From contig NMRA01000790.1 in the NCBI GenBank assembly GCA_002633005.1, positions 102,136 to 143,522 of the forward strand: a stretch of DNA of 41,387 nt. Direction: 5' to 3'. The stretch is from Phoronis australis. Lineage: Eukaryota > Animalia > Phoronida. Both the position numbers and the translations under genes were made by a program. The notes under the pieces are model-generated. The model worked only from the letters and a program-made list of their open reading frames with translations, ran no database searches and was not told the origin of the DNA. Shown piece after piece: positions 23,958-37,330 of the stretch; position 1 is the first letter of the stretch, and each line of letters opens with the position of its first letter.

Positions 23958-25399
23958 ACCGTTTATAGGATGGTCATGAAATTTTTAGAGAGAGCATAGC
24001 TACATGTAAATGTAATCTTGATAATCTGATGTATCCCACTGTTGTTGAGTTCCACTGCAACAGTGTTAATTTCCTTTGTGGGTGCTTAATAATCTTTCAA
24101 GTTCCACTATAAATCTCTACGGTGTTTGGCATATGTGTACTAATGAAAGAGAGAGTAGCACTTACCTTTGGACATCCAGAATGTACACGTACTGTAAGTC
24201 CCGGCGGCCTTCTTTACAATTGTATGCTCACACATGAATATGTAGATTCATGGGTGCACTCGGTCGTCATCACCATACATCCTGTTGGCTGGTGTCGGCA
24301 GTCTGGTTGACTGTAACTCTGACACTTTTTCATGGATTTTGGTGAATTTTGTACATATGACGGATTGGATGACACGACCCATTTTCGGACCTATTTTTCT
24401 ACCGTTAGTGTCGACTTGTATGTTATTCTGTACATTGAAGTTCCTTGACATGTGTCCTTTAAATTCGGCATATACGAATATGCGATTCTGTTATAGAGAC
24501 GACGACACCAACGTATATTGACGTAATCTGCACCGCCTGTGGCCATTTTTATTTCATTTCGTTATTCAGAGTCCGTCTCTTTCCGTCTAACTTCAAGGAT
24601 ATTTACGAAACTTTTAAGTTAAAACACCTGTACTACCATGGAGATGGTCACGACTGATGTAGGTTTTTGGACGTCTTCAACTTCTCCGGCGCCTCTAATG
24701 GAAATGTACCTCAATTTTTTGCAATACCTTTGATTTATCTACACGAATGTGTTAACTGAAAAGGATACACGTGACCTTCATTTTGGGACGTGTCCATTTA
24801 TTGTTGTACTTGAAGGATATTTGTGAAATACTGTGAACACGTGTTCCAGTTCATGTATTCTCAAGTTTGGCAAACAATCTCAAATTGTCCTTGGTTGCAA
24901 ATATTATTAACCTCTAATACATAGTGCAGGAATGTTGTGTTTTTATCCACGATTCACAATACTTGTGTCGGCAGGTGGAGTTTCACCCTTCCGAGCCGTT
25001 TACATTTGGCGGCTGCTCCTTCGCTGCGTTATCAAAGTAGCGAAACTTATCGAAAATCATTGCGGTATTCTGAGTAGGACTTTCTATGAAAAAATTTCAC
25101 AGGTTTTCGTAGATCGTCATTTGTTGACGAGTTCTTTTTCTCAGCCATGGGGCTGCTGCAGAGGCGAGCTTTCAAGATCCGGTTGCTGGTGTTGCCACCA
25201 AGTCAAACAGGTAGTCTGGCCAGCCAAGACACCTAAATTTGCTGAATGCCCTTGCACAGACGCTTAATTTCGTTTAATTTTAGCAAAGTGCACATGTTAC
25301 ACAGTAACCATTCACCGCTTGGGCTTTAATTTTCCCGCGAATCGACTTTCACTCAAGGGAAAGAATACTTAATATCCTAGAATGTACTGTGATTTACAG

Positions 25400-25435
25400 A
25401 TACCATGAAACCCACTGGAAATGAAGAAGGTGGAG
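25400..25435 (+). CDS. Stalk microexon B1 (36 nt): (N)TMKPTGNEEGG
   Basis: tgtgatttacAG ... GTATGT; 36 nt, phase 1-1, open frame; five paralogues in the window. Confidence 0.75.
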
Positions 25436-25974
25436 GTATGTCGACATTTTAAAAATAACCGATGTGATACTGTAGAGCATTAAATATACAAATGCCGCTT
25501 TCTCGGCAAGTTCTAAGACAGTCGTTTTCTTTTCAACAAACTTGTGTGGTTGCTCCAAACTACAAATCTGTTACGAATTCACTTTTTACATATGAGCTGT
25601 CCTGGGATCACATCTATGCACACATGACTTATGCAGCATTGCTTTAATCGAGTATAATTCTGCTCGAATTATTTTAGCACTTTTAGAAACATTTATTTCA
25701 AATAATTGGGAAATGGTGCAAGGAATTGGGAAACTAGAATATCGTTTAGCTGTAACTCCGACGGTACTGTGCACCGAAGAGTCTTTACTGCGAAACGCTG
25801 TTACCTTCCCTTTATGCGAACTTTGTTTTTATTGATTTTTACTCCGATATATTTATAATCCAAAAATGATAGACTTATAAGAACAGGGATACAGCATAAT
25901 ATAAAATTTTCCCGCGAATCGACTGTCGCTTAAGGAAATGAATAGTTATCGTAGGACTGTATTATGATTTACAG

Positions 25975-26010
25975 ATACCGTAAAGCCAACTGATAATGGA
26001 GAAGGTGGAG
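25975..26010 (+). CDS. Stalk microexon B2 (36 nt): (D)TVKPTDNGEGG
   Basis: atgatttacAG ... GTATGT; phase 1-1, open frame. Confidence 0.75.
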
Positions 26011-26849
26011 GTATGTCAATATTTTAAACGTAACCGATGTGATACTGCAGAGGTTAACATTAAATAGGCAAAATGCCACTTTCTTGGCACGTACATGTAC
26101 TAAGACCGTCGTTTTCTTTCCGACGAAATATGTGAGATTACTCAAAACTGCAAATCTCTTACGAATTCCCCTTTTTTCAGAGGAGCTGTCCTGTGATCAT
26201 TTCCATGTAAAACAGCAGACATAAATTGTGCTGCATCGCTTTAATCCTGTTCGAACTATTTTGGAATTTATTCCGAATGTTTTGGAAATGAACTCCCTCA
26301 ACTACTGTGGCACCCTCTTACAGCAATTTATTTTTGTAGTGCCCCGTTTTCTACCAAGTTCTTTGATTGATCTGCTGGAAATTTACTATAATATGTTCCA
26401 GTTGATAAATAAGAGTACACCTGACCTTCATTTTAATCACGCTTGAAGGAACCTTATAATATTACACAAATGTGTTTCTTTGAATTTACAAATTTGTAAA
26501 ATCCTTACGTTTGTGCTTGGTTGCAAATATCGTCATCTCCAATATATCAGAGGTTATTGTCCTGAAAACTGGCAATTGAATTCTTCTCTTTCCCCGAAGG
26601 CAGAAAGCGCGTTGTTTTCAATGACCAAATGGTTTGGGATGTCAGACTTTATTTCACAAGTCTAACTTTATTACTTTAGAAAAATTCCAGATTTCAATGG
26701 TTTAAAAATACAGGAACTGAAAAATAACTCCAAGAAAGGGCATTCTTCTCGGTTCAAAATTAAAGCGAACAACTTGTTTATTGATTCGATCCACATTTTC
26801 TTGTCTTTGACTGCTGTCGAGAATTTAAACAATTTATCATCAGAAATTA

Positions 26850-29107
26850 AACGGCCCTGGATGTGTTTCAAATCAGGAGTTTTGTTCAATTACGCAACCT
26901 ACGCACACCCGATCCACAGCCAGCATAACACCGCACGGGCGATAGCACATGCCAGTCATTACAACGTATATCCCAACACACCCCATTGTGTTATAAGGTT
27001 AGCTCATGCCTTTGTATTTCATTGGCTATTTGCGTGGATGTCTTCTATGAATTTTTAACAGGCAAACCAACAACGAAATCTGTGATTACAGCAACTCCTA
27101 AAGATTCGAGTAAGCTTAACTTCCAGTTTTATTGTATCATACCGCACACGTCCGGGTCTGTGCTCAGCTGAGTTATAAAAACGACACTACATTCAATGAG
27201 CATGTAGGCAAGGTGTCTAACTGTAAATGAGCATTAACAGGGACGAGGAGGGAATAGTCACGGATTCGACGTGTTTCCGGCAGCTTTTTTGCTTTACTCT
27301 GTTCAGACTTGCTCTTTAATTTGTGATTTAGTTGCCTTTATCTTTACCAGATCAAGCTGATTGCAATTTGAGAAACATCTGGTTATTGATTGTAATTGTT
27401 CACAATGCCCAGGTTTTCCATCGGTCTTGTTTTCTGGATGACAGATTGTGTCGCATTCCATCACGGAAAGACGTCGATGTCTGTGAAGGTTTCATTTTGT
27501 TTACCGTTTTATGTATTTTACAAAAGGCACTTCTGTTAATCGTGTCCTATACATCATCCCTACATCAGTTAACCTCTGATGCTTTTCTGTGTGTCGCATG
27601 CGTACCAAAGTAACCACTATTTACTAAGAAAATGACACTGAAACACAGTCGTCTGTCATTTTTGGTGCAAATTCTCGTTCTCGATCGCCTTCCGGTTGTT
27701 CTCGATCAAAGGTTTGTCGTAATGTCTATGTCTCGTCACCTTTTCATGTTCATTTTACTCAATATACTTACGTCATTCAGATACAAGAGTAACACATTTT
27801 ATTTCTCAAAAGTTTGCCACTGGTTTTCAAGGTCAAGAGTAAGAGAATTAGTACCACTTTTTAATACGTCATTTGCAAAAGAATATAAAGAAATTGTTGA
27901 CATTGAAAACCGTTTATCCCATACGCGTTAAATCTGTTGAGGGAAATACGGCCAAATAATGTTTTCCGTATTCACATGGCCCACTACTTCAACAGTGACC
28001 TCTGTCATTGAAAGTTCAATATTTAGGGCATTGTCGACTCGACGTCGTTAGCTGGTTAGATCACCAATCTTGCGGAAATTAGTTTAACGTTATACAATCA
28101 CTGGAGTGTAAATAGGTCTCAATCGTAATATCTGGAAGTTGATTGTTAATTATATGACGGTTCATTTGCTAAAAATTATATCGTCTGCAACTCAGGTGCA
28201 GATTCCTCGATAATTGCAATACCGAATATTGTTGTTATTTAACTTTTTTCGGGAGATGTTACACGTTCAGTGCAAAGTTACCGCTGTTTTCATCATCGTT
28301 ATCTCTTTCCAAGTAATAAATCGTTACATTTAAACCATTTCTTTTGCTAGAGAAAACTTTTAACCTAACGTGCAAGTACATACATGTAGGATGTGATCTG
28401 CCACGTGAACTGTCTGGGTGAAGAATTTTAAAAATCTGCGGGAAAAATGAAAGAAACTAAGGAATTCGAAGCATCTGGGATACATGTAAAACATCATTCC
28501 GCATATCGACCTTAACCTTCGGTCTCGGACGATACGCGGAACAATGTCTCGTGGGTCATTACTTCATGTACGCCACTCTCGGTACGTTTTGTGTGTATAC
28601 GTGTACAAAGCAATATTCAATACCGCACAATGTAACATGTGATGTAATAGCAGTAGTAATAGCAAATGTTTCTATAAAACTATAAGTATTGTAAAAAGGT
28701 CCCAAACACAAGACATGATTTCACTTACGAGATCAAATCCCGGCAGTACATATGTTGTCATGACAGGTTGAAATATTCACCTGCATGAGATGTGAGTCAT
28801 AAAAGTTAGTGCATGCACAGCCATCGTGTCTCCACATCAAGATTTGGTTTGCATGGCGCCTATCATTACAAGCTGATTACTATAAAAGGTCATTCACTGT
28901 GGTATACATACACAAAGCATACCGAGAGTGGCGAACATGAAGTAGGGTAATATCCTACGAGACATTATCCCGCGTATCGAGCGAGACCGAATTCCATATG
29001 CTTCGGATTCCTAAATGTCTTTCTTTTCTTGGGCAGAATTTTTAAATACCTCACTCAGACTGTTCACGTGTCGGATCACATCCTGTATGTATGTACGTGC
29101 ACCGCAA
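26850..29107 (+). repeat. Duplicated block Y (A3 and foldback); paralogue Y' at about 30505-32677 (A4)
   Basis: Colinear from ggccctgga.gtgtttcaaatc to gtacgtgcaccgcaa. Confidence 0.9.
27062..27109 (+). CDS. Stalk microexon A3 (48 nt): (G)KPTTKSVITATPKDS
   Basis: atttttaacAG ... GTAAGC; 48 nt, phase 1-1; diverged from A1 without indels or stops. Confidence 0.75.
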
Positions 29108-29581
29108 GTTTTCCTTAGCAAAAGAAACAGTCTTAAATATAACGACTTATTAAGTAAAAAGAGTTAACAAAGATGAAAACAACGGTAACTGTGAAAGGAA
29201 CCTGTAATATCTGGAAATAGTTAAATAACAGCAATATTTGATTTTCTGTTTGCTCAGGAATCGGCGCCTGAGTTGCAGACGAAATAATATTTAGCATTTG
29301 AAATCTGAGACGGAACTGTCATAAAATTAAAAGTCCTGTTCCAGATGTTATGATTGGGACTTGATTGCATGTCGAGTATTATTTACACTGCTGCAATATA
29401 CTTTAAACTATTCTTGGAAAGCTTGCTGACCGAACCGGCTAACGACGTCGAGTCGACATTCACCTACCATTTGAACTTTAAATTTCAGTGGTCACTGTTG
29501 AAGTAGTGCAGGAGGTGAATACGGCAAAACATTATTACGTGGCCGTATTGTACTCGACTGATTGAACGTGCGTGGGATAAA
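27913..29581. mobile_element. Foldback / long-inverted-repeat non-autonomous element, unclassified
   Basis: Arms 27913-28600 and 28902-29581 are diverged reverse complements (tttatcccatacgcgtt..aatacggcc versus ggccgtatt..aacgtgcgtgggataaa) with a roughly 300-bp spacer. Truncated second copy at 31424-32677. Confidence 0.8.
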
Positions 29582-29974
29582 TTTGTGTTAGCCAAGTGAA
29601 AATGATACCTAACTCAGGAAACAATTAAGATATAGCATATAGTTTCGTACCCTTATTGTTACTCGATGGGGAATAACAATTTTTTCCGGTCGCCGACGTG
29701 TATACCGTTGTACGGAGGAAAACGTGTTGAATGTGGTGGCATGTATTGTCACACTTGGCATCAACTAATTGAGGCCTTTCAGAAAGAGCCTGATGTCAGG
29801 ACCCTCGTTCATCCAAAGGGAAAGGTGCATGTGCCTTGTGAGCGCGGATCATTTTGGGATGAAGGGGAAATTCTACCTTCCGATCAACATCAATTGCACT
29901 ATCATCCTGTCGCAAGCCCTCATAAGCTCTGCATCAAACACGAACTTTAAAATTAGCTCGTAAGTAAATAACGA

Positions 29975-30322
29975 CATATCTAACCAACGTTTTGGTTTGT
30001 TACTCTAAATCATTCCCAAGGAAACAGTTCACAGACTCAAAACAGGCGACACGGATCAAGAAGAGATTGTACAGGTACACCTCAGGCTCCTCATAAATGA
30101 GGTTATCCATTGATGATTGAATCATGCTGAGCGTTACCTCAATAGAAACATTGGTTCATTTGAGCTCCAACTGTTTTGATTTCTGGTCTCTTTCCTCTCA
30201 CAGTGCATTTTGACGTGTACTTGTACAGTCTCTTCTCTACCTCTGCCACCTGTTTTGATCCTGTGAACAGTTTCCTTGAGAATGCTTTAGAGTAATAAAC
30301 CGAAACGTTGGATAGATACATG
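29975..30322. mobile_element. Penelope-like element remnant: inverted pseudo-LTR pair with hammerhead-like motif
   Basis: Arms at about 29975-30083 and 30211-30322 are reverse complements; motif ccTTGAGAAtgctttagagtaataaaccGAAACGTTgg at 30274-30311. Confidence 0.6.
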
Positions 30323-30686
30323 TATGTTGTATTTTATTTACGCGCTAATTTTATAGTTCGTGCTTCTGTTCTGCATCAAGTAGCCAAAAATAACATTTTG
30401 TGCACTTATGTGAGTGACAAATGATTCGAACCTGATGGGAAAATTTTCAACCTCTTCAGGAGAACTTTTGGACATCTTGAAGGAAATTTCGCATGAGGGT
30501 TTGAGGGCCCTGGAAGTGTTTCAAATCGGGAGCTTTTTAGAATTATGCAGCCTGCGTACAGTCCATGCAAAGCAAGAATAGCACTGTGTGGCACAAGTAT
30601 TGTCAATTATGACAATATATGGTCAGCTGCATGTCTTGACATTTCATTGGCTATTTGAAAGGATGTCTTCTATACAACTTTTACAG

Positions 30687-30734
30687 CACAACGTGCAGCA
30701 CATTCTGTGGATACAGCAACCCCTAAAGATACGA
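30687..30734 (+). CDS. Stalk microexon A4 (48 nt): (T)QRAAHSVDTATPKDT
   Basis: cttttacAG ... GTAAGC; 48 nt, phase 1-1, open frame. Confidence 0.72.
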
Positions 30735-33700
30735 GTAAGCTTGAATTACAGTTTTATTGCATCATACCGCTCTCGTCCGAGTCTGTGCTCAGTTGGGTTA
30801 GAAAAATGACACCGATGCATTCAATGAACATGTAGGAGAGGTGATTAGCTAAAGATGAGCGTTTATCAGGACGAGTAGGGTATAGTCAGAGTGTTGACAT
30901 GTTTCCAGCGGCGATCTTGTTTGTTTTACTCTATTCAGACATGCTCTTGAAGTAATTTGTGTCGCACTCCATCACGGAAACACGCCGATGTCTGTGAAAG
31001 TTTCATTTTGTTTACCGTTTCATGTATTTTACAAAAGTCACTTCTGTTAATCGTGTCCTATACATCATCTCTACATCAGTTAACCTCTGATGCTTTTCTG
31101 TGTGTCGCATTCGTACCAAAGTAACCACTATTTACTAAGAAAATGACACTGAAACACAGTCGTCTGTCATTTTTGGTGCAAATTCTCGTTCTTGATCGCC
31201 TTCCGGTTGTTCTCTATCAAAGGTTTGTCGTAATGTCTATGCCTTGTCACCTTTTCATGTTCATTTTACTCAATATACTTACGTCATGCAGATACAATAG
31301 TAACACATTTTATTTCTCAAAAGTTTGCCACTGGTTTTCAAGGTCAAGAGTAAGAGAATTAGTACCACTTTGAAATACGTTATTTGCAAAAGAATATAAA
31401 GAAATTGTTGACATTGAAAACCGTTTATCCCATACGCGTCAAATCTGTTGAGGGAAATACGGCCAAATAATGTTTTCCGTATTCACATCGCCCACTACTT
31501 CAACAGTGACCTCTGACATTGAAAGTTCAATATTTAGGGCAATGTCGACTCGGCGTCGTTAGCTGGTTAGATCATCAAAATTTCGGAAAATAGTTTAAAG
31601 TAATACAATTGCATTAGTGTAAATAACATTTAACATTCAATTAGGTCTCAATCGTGATATCTAGAACTTGATTGTTAATTATATGACGGTTCATTTGCTA
31701 AATATTATATCGTCTGCAACTCAGGTGCAGATTCCTCGATAATTGCAATATCGAATATTGTTGTTATTTAACATTTTCGGGAGATGTTACACGTTCAGTG
31801 CAAAGTTACCGCTGTTTTCATCATCGTTATCTCTTTCCAAGTAATAAATCGTTACATTTAAACCATTTCTTTTGCTAGAGAAAACTTTTAACCTAACGTG
31901 CAAGTACATACATGTTGGATGTGATCTGCCACGTGAACTGTCTGGATGAAGTATTTAAAAAATATGCGTGAAAAATGAAAGAAACTAAGGAATTCGAAAC
32001 ATCTGGGATACATGTAAAACGTTCCTCGACTGGCGTAGATGAAGTAATATCCCACTCGACATCATTCCGCATATCGCCCTCAACCTTCGGTCTCGGTCGA
32101 TACGCGGAACAATGTCTCGTGGGTTATATTACTTCATGTACGCCACTCTCGGTACGTTTTGTGTATATACGTGCACAAAGCAATATTCAATACCACACAA
32201 TGTAACATGTGATGTAATAGCAGTAGTAATAGCAAATGTTTCTATAAAACTATAAGTATTGTAAAAAGGTCACAAACACAAAACATGATTTCACTTACGA
32301 GATCAAATTCCGGCAGTACATATGTTGTCATGATAGGTTGAAATGTTCACCTGCATGAGATGTGAGTCATAAAAATTAGTGCATGCAAATCCATCGTGTC
32401 TCCACATCAAGATTTGGTTTGCATGGCACCTCTCATTACAAGCTGATTACTTTAAAAGATCATTCACTGTGGTATACATACACAAAGCATACCGAGAGTT
32501 GCGAACATGAAGTAGGGTGATATCCTACGAGACATTATCCCGCGTATCGAGCGAGACCGAATTCCATATGCTTCGGATTCCTAAATGTCTTTCTTTTCTT
32601 GGGTAGAGTTTTTAAATTCTTCACTCAGACTGTTCACGTGTCGGATCACATCCTGTATGTATGTACGTGCACCGCAAAGGTAGGAAAGATGATTAGCTGA
32701 AGATGAGCGTTCATCAGGACGAGTAGGGTATAGTCACGCTGTTGACATTTTTCCAGCGGCCATCTTGTTTTACTCTATTCAGACATGCTGTTGAAGTAAT
32801 TTGGGATTTAACTACCTTTCTCTTTGCAAGATAAATCTGATTGCACATTGAGACGCCAATAGGGCTTTTAAATTGTTCCCAATGCTCAGGTTCCCAATCG
32901 ATCTTGTTTTGAGGAAGAGAATTTACGTCGGATGACAGTGAATTAAATTTCATTCCAATGCCTAAAAATACGGATTAAATCAAGGAAACATGTCGATGTC
33001 TGTAAAAAGTTCATTTTGTTTACCGTTTCACGTATTATACAAAAGGCACTTCTATTAATTATTCATGTCCTATGCAATATATAAACATCCGCGGTTCCTA
33101 AAATAGAAAATGACATTGTCAAAATTTATTGAATGACCTCACTCAGCTCTAGAAGATTCCATTACCTACGTAAGCACTCAAATTTTGACAAATGTCCTTC
33201 AAATCTAAGCCGCTTCTCCTCATTGCAATTGAATTTAAGGGTCCAAGTTTTAACGCATGCTAATCTATCTGCTGGATCGTTTGTAGCATGGTCATGAAAT
33301 TTTGCCTGCTTTCATGTTAGAGAGACCATTGCTACATGTAATCTTGATTATCCGATGTATCCCACTGTTGATGTGTGCCACTGCAACAGTGTTAATTTCC
33401 TTTGTGGGTGCTTAATAATCTTTCAAGCTCCACTATAAATCTCTACGGTGTTTGGCATATGTGTACTAATGAAAGAGAGAGTAGCACTTACCTTTGGACA
33501 TCTAGAATGTACATGTAAGTCAAGGCCTTCTTTACAATTGTATGCTCACACATGTATATGTAGATTCATGGGTGCACTTAGTCGTCATCTCCATGCATCC
33601 GGTTGGCTGGTGTCGGCAGTCTGGTTGGCTGTAACTCTGTCATGGATTTTGGTGAATTTTGTACATATGACGGATTGGATGACACGACCCATTTTCGGGC

Positions 33701-34641
33701 CTATTTTTCTAACCTTGTGGCAACTTGTATAATGTTCTATACCTTGCAGTTCCTTGACATGTGTCCTTTAAATTCGGCATATAAGATTCTGTTATAGAGA
33801 CTACGACACCAACTTATACTGGCGAAATCTGCACCGCCTGCGGCCATTTTTATTTCATTTCGTTATTCAGAGTCCGTCTCTTCAACGATGTTTACGAAAA
33901 TGTTAAGTTAAAACACGTGTATTCCCATGGAGATGGTCACAACTGATGTAGCTTTTTGGACGTGTTCAACTTCAACGGCGCCTCCAATGGCAATGTACCT
34001 CAATTTTTTCCAATTTCCTTGATTTATCTATACGTATTTTGCTGTATGTGTTTTAACTGAAAAGGATACTCGTGACCTTCATTTTGGGACGTGTCCATTT
34101 ATTGTTGTACTTGAAGGATATTTGTGAAATATTGTGTGTTCATGTATTCTCAAGTTTGGCAATACATAGTGCAGGAATGTTGTGTTTTTATCCACCATTC
34201 ACAATGCTTGTGTCGGCAGGTGGAGTTTCACGCATCTGAGCCGTTTGCATTTGGCGGCTGCTCCTTTGCTTGTAATCTAAGTAGCAAAACTTATCGAATT
34301 CCATTGTGGTATTCTGAGTAGGACTTTGTATGAACAAATTTCACAGGTTTTCGTAGATCGTCTTTTGTTGACGAGTTCTTTTTCTCAGCCATGAGGCTGC
34401 TGCAGAGGCAAGCTTTCAAAATCCGGTTGCTGGCGTTGCCTCCAAGTCAAACAAGTAGTCCGGTCAGTGAAGACACCTACATTTACTGAATGCCCTTGCA
34501 AAAACGTTTAATTTCGTTTAGTTTTAACATAGTGCACATGTTACACACTAACCATTCACCACTTGGGCCTTAATTTTCCCTCGAATCGACTTTCACTCAA
34601 GGAAACGAATACTTATCCTAGAACTATACTGTGACTTACAG

Positions 34642-34677
34642 GTACCATAAAACCAACTGGAAATGGCGAAGGTGGAG
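34642..34677 (+). CDS. Stalk microexon B3 (36 nt): (S)TIKPTGNGEGG
   Basis: tgtgacttacAG ... GTATGT; phase 1-1, open frame. Confidence 0.75.
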
Positions 34678-35220
34678 GTATGTCGACATTTTAAAAATAA
34701 TCGATGTGATACTGTACAGCATTAAATAGGCAAATGCCACTTCCTCGGCAAGAACTTAGACAGTCGTTTTCTTATCGACAAACTTGTGTGGTTGCTCCAA
34801 ACTGCAAATCTCTTACGTATTCACCTTTTCCATATGAGCTGTTCTGTGATAATATCTATGCACACATGACTTGTGCTGGATTGCTTTAATCGAGTTTAAT
34901 CCTGTTCGAACTATTTTAGCACTTTTACAACCATTTATTCCAAATAATTAGGAAATGGTGGAAGGAATTGGGAAACTAGAATATTGTTTGGCTGTAACTC
35001 CGAGTGTACTGTGCACCAAAGGGTCTTTACTGTGAAACGCTGTTACCTTCCCTCTCCCTTTATGCAAACTTTGTTTTATTGATTTTACTCTGATGTATTA
35101 ATAATCCAAAAACGATAGACTTTTAAGAACGGGGATACAGCCTAATATAACATTTTCCCGCGAATCGACTGTCGCTTAAGGAAATGAATACTTATCGTAG
35201 GACTATATTGTGATTTACAG

Positions 35221-35256
35221 ATACCGTAAAGCCAACTGGTAATGGAGAAGGTGGAG
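35221..35256 (+). CDS. Stalk microexon B4 (36 nt): (D)TVKPTGNGEGG
   Basis: ttgtgatttacAG ... GTATGT; phase 1-1, open frame. Confidence 0.75.
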
Positions 35257-35624
35257 GTATGTCAATATTTTAAACGTAACCGATGTGATACTGCAGAGGT
35301 TAATATTAAATAGGCAAAATGCCCCTTTCTCGGCACGTACATGTACTAAGAGCGTCGTTTTCTTTCTGACGAAATATGTGAGGTTGCTCAAAACTGCAAA
35401 TCTCTTACGAATTCCCCTTTTTCCAGAGGAGCTGTCCTGTGATCATTTCCATGTAAAACAGCAGCCATGTATTGTGCTGCATCGCTTTGATCCTGTTCGA
35501 ACTATTTTGGAATTAATTTCGAGTGTTTCGGAAATGGACTACCTCAAAACTACTGTGGCACACTCTTACAGCATTTTATTTTTGTGGTGCCTCGTTTTCT
35601 ACCAAGTTCTTTGATTGATCTGCT

Positions 35625-37330
35625 GGAAATTTAGTATAATATGTTACAGTTGAGAAATGAGAGTACGCCTGACCTTCATTTTAATCAAGCTTGAAGCAAC
35701 TTTATAATGTTACACAATTGTGTTTCTTTGAATTTACAAATTTGTAAAATCCTTACGTTTCTGCTTGGCTGCAAATATCTTCTCCGATATATCAGAGGTT
35801 ATTGTCCTGAAGACTGGCAATAGAATTCTTCTCTCTCCCCGAAAGTAGAAAGCGCGTTGTTTTCAATGACCAAATGTTTTGGGATGTCAGACTTTATTTC
35901 ACTAGTCGAATTGTATTACTTTAGAAAAATTCCAGATTTCAACCGTTTAAAAATACAGGAACTATAAATATCTCCAAGAAAGGGCATTCTTCTCGGTTCA
36001 AAATTAAAGCGAACAACTTGTTTATTGATTCGATTCACATTTTCTTGTCTTTGACTGATGTCGAGAATTTAAACAATTTAACATCATTTATCCACGGATA
36101 TTTGGTAAGTTTATCCAACTTTCACCGGACGGAGATGCATTCCTCAGCACATAAGACATACCTCACTGAAAGTGATAGGGCGAGTTGGGTAAACATTACG
36201 ACAACAACAAACAGAACATGTGGAACTCTAAAAGCGTGAAAACGCCAGTCTACAATAGTGTTTGACGGATACTGCGGTATTATTGGGGACAAATAAAACA
36301 GCAAGAATAATATATATTTTAACTAAAATTGCATTGAGAGGCGTCATTCATTTTGGCGGCGACAGGCCGATGAATTATATACGCGACAGAAGCCGGAGGG
36401 AGTGAAATTAAGCCGACGGAGTGACGTCACCCAGGCCATTGAGCTGACCGACTGACGTCAGCAAGGCCAGTACGAAACTGGCCACGCTCCCTCCGCGTCC
36501 GCGATAAAACGGCCCGTGAGATTCCAAATAGGGGGCGGTGCAATACCTGGGGCCAAGGCGGTGCCGAAACGGGTGCAACGAAGGTCTGTAGTGGAGCGGC
36601 GGAGATGGAGTTTGTGCCAACGATGCATATTATATAATAAATACATATGTTCTAGTTGATAAATGAGAGTGCGCCTGACCTTCCTTTTAATCACGCTTGA
36701 AGAAACCTTAAGATATTAAGAATGTTTTCTTTGAATTTACAAGTTTGCAAAATCCTTACGTTTGTACTTGATTTCAAATATCACCACATCCAATATATCA
36801 TAGATTTTTGACCTGGAGACTTGCATTGGAATTCTCCTCTGACCCCGAAAGTAGAAAGCGCGTTGTTTTCATTGACCAAATGGTTTGGGATGTCAGACTT
36901 TATTTCACAAGTCGAGTTGTATTATTTGGAAATATTCCAGATTTCAACCGTTTAAAATTACCAGCATTGAAAAACATCTCCAAGAAAGGGCATTCTTCTC
37001 GGTTCCAAGTTAAGGCGAACAACTCGTTTTATCTATTCGATCCGCATTGCATTTTCTTGTCTTTGAACAAATTAACATCACTTATCCACGGATATTTGGC
37101 AAGTTTATCCAACTTTCACCGGACGGAGATGCAGACCTTAGCACATAAGAAATACCTCGTTGAAAGTGATAGGGCGAGTAAGGGAAAGGTTACGACAACA
37201 ATAAAAAGAACATGCGGAACTCTAATGGCATGAAAACGCCAGGCTACAATAGTGTTTGACGGATATTGCGATATTAATGGGGACAAATAAAACAACAAGA
37301 ATAATATATATTTTAAGTTGCATTGAGAAT
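35625..37330 (+). repeat. Tandem duplication of about 700 bp (about 35625-36338 and 36635-37328) separated by a GC-rich insert
   Basis: Both copies run from atgagagt.cgcctgacctt to gggacaaataaaaca.caagaataatatatatttt..ttgcattgaga. Confidence 0.85.

Larger units (their letters stand above)
22811..26842 (+). repeat. Duplicated block X (holds B1 and B2); paralogue X' at about 32686-36086 (holds B3 and B4)
   Basis: Colinear from tgattagctgaagatgagcgtt to tcgagaatttaaacaattta. Each block contains an older internal duplication of about 575 bp spacing around the B exon. Confidence 0.9.

Noticed and set aside
29783-30074. Apparent AG/GT-bounded exons at about 29783-29959 and 30021-30074
   Set aside because: The first is not phase 1-1 compatible; the second lies within the Penelope-like inverted repeat and has a poor donor (GTACAC).
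19355-30809. Repeated small ORFs (19355, 22615, 26986, 30588) as a family of small genes
   Set aside because: Only the central 48 nt is bounded by splice sites and frame-conserved; flanks differ by indels and the 30588 ORF is in another frame.
27632-31373. Paired hydrophobic ORFs MTLKHSRLSFLV... (27632, 31143) and other paired ORFs (24122/33448, 26039/35285)
   Set aside because: Similarity is explained by recent intronic duplication; stops and frames differ between copies and there are no domain motifs.
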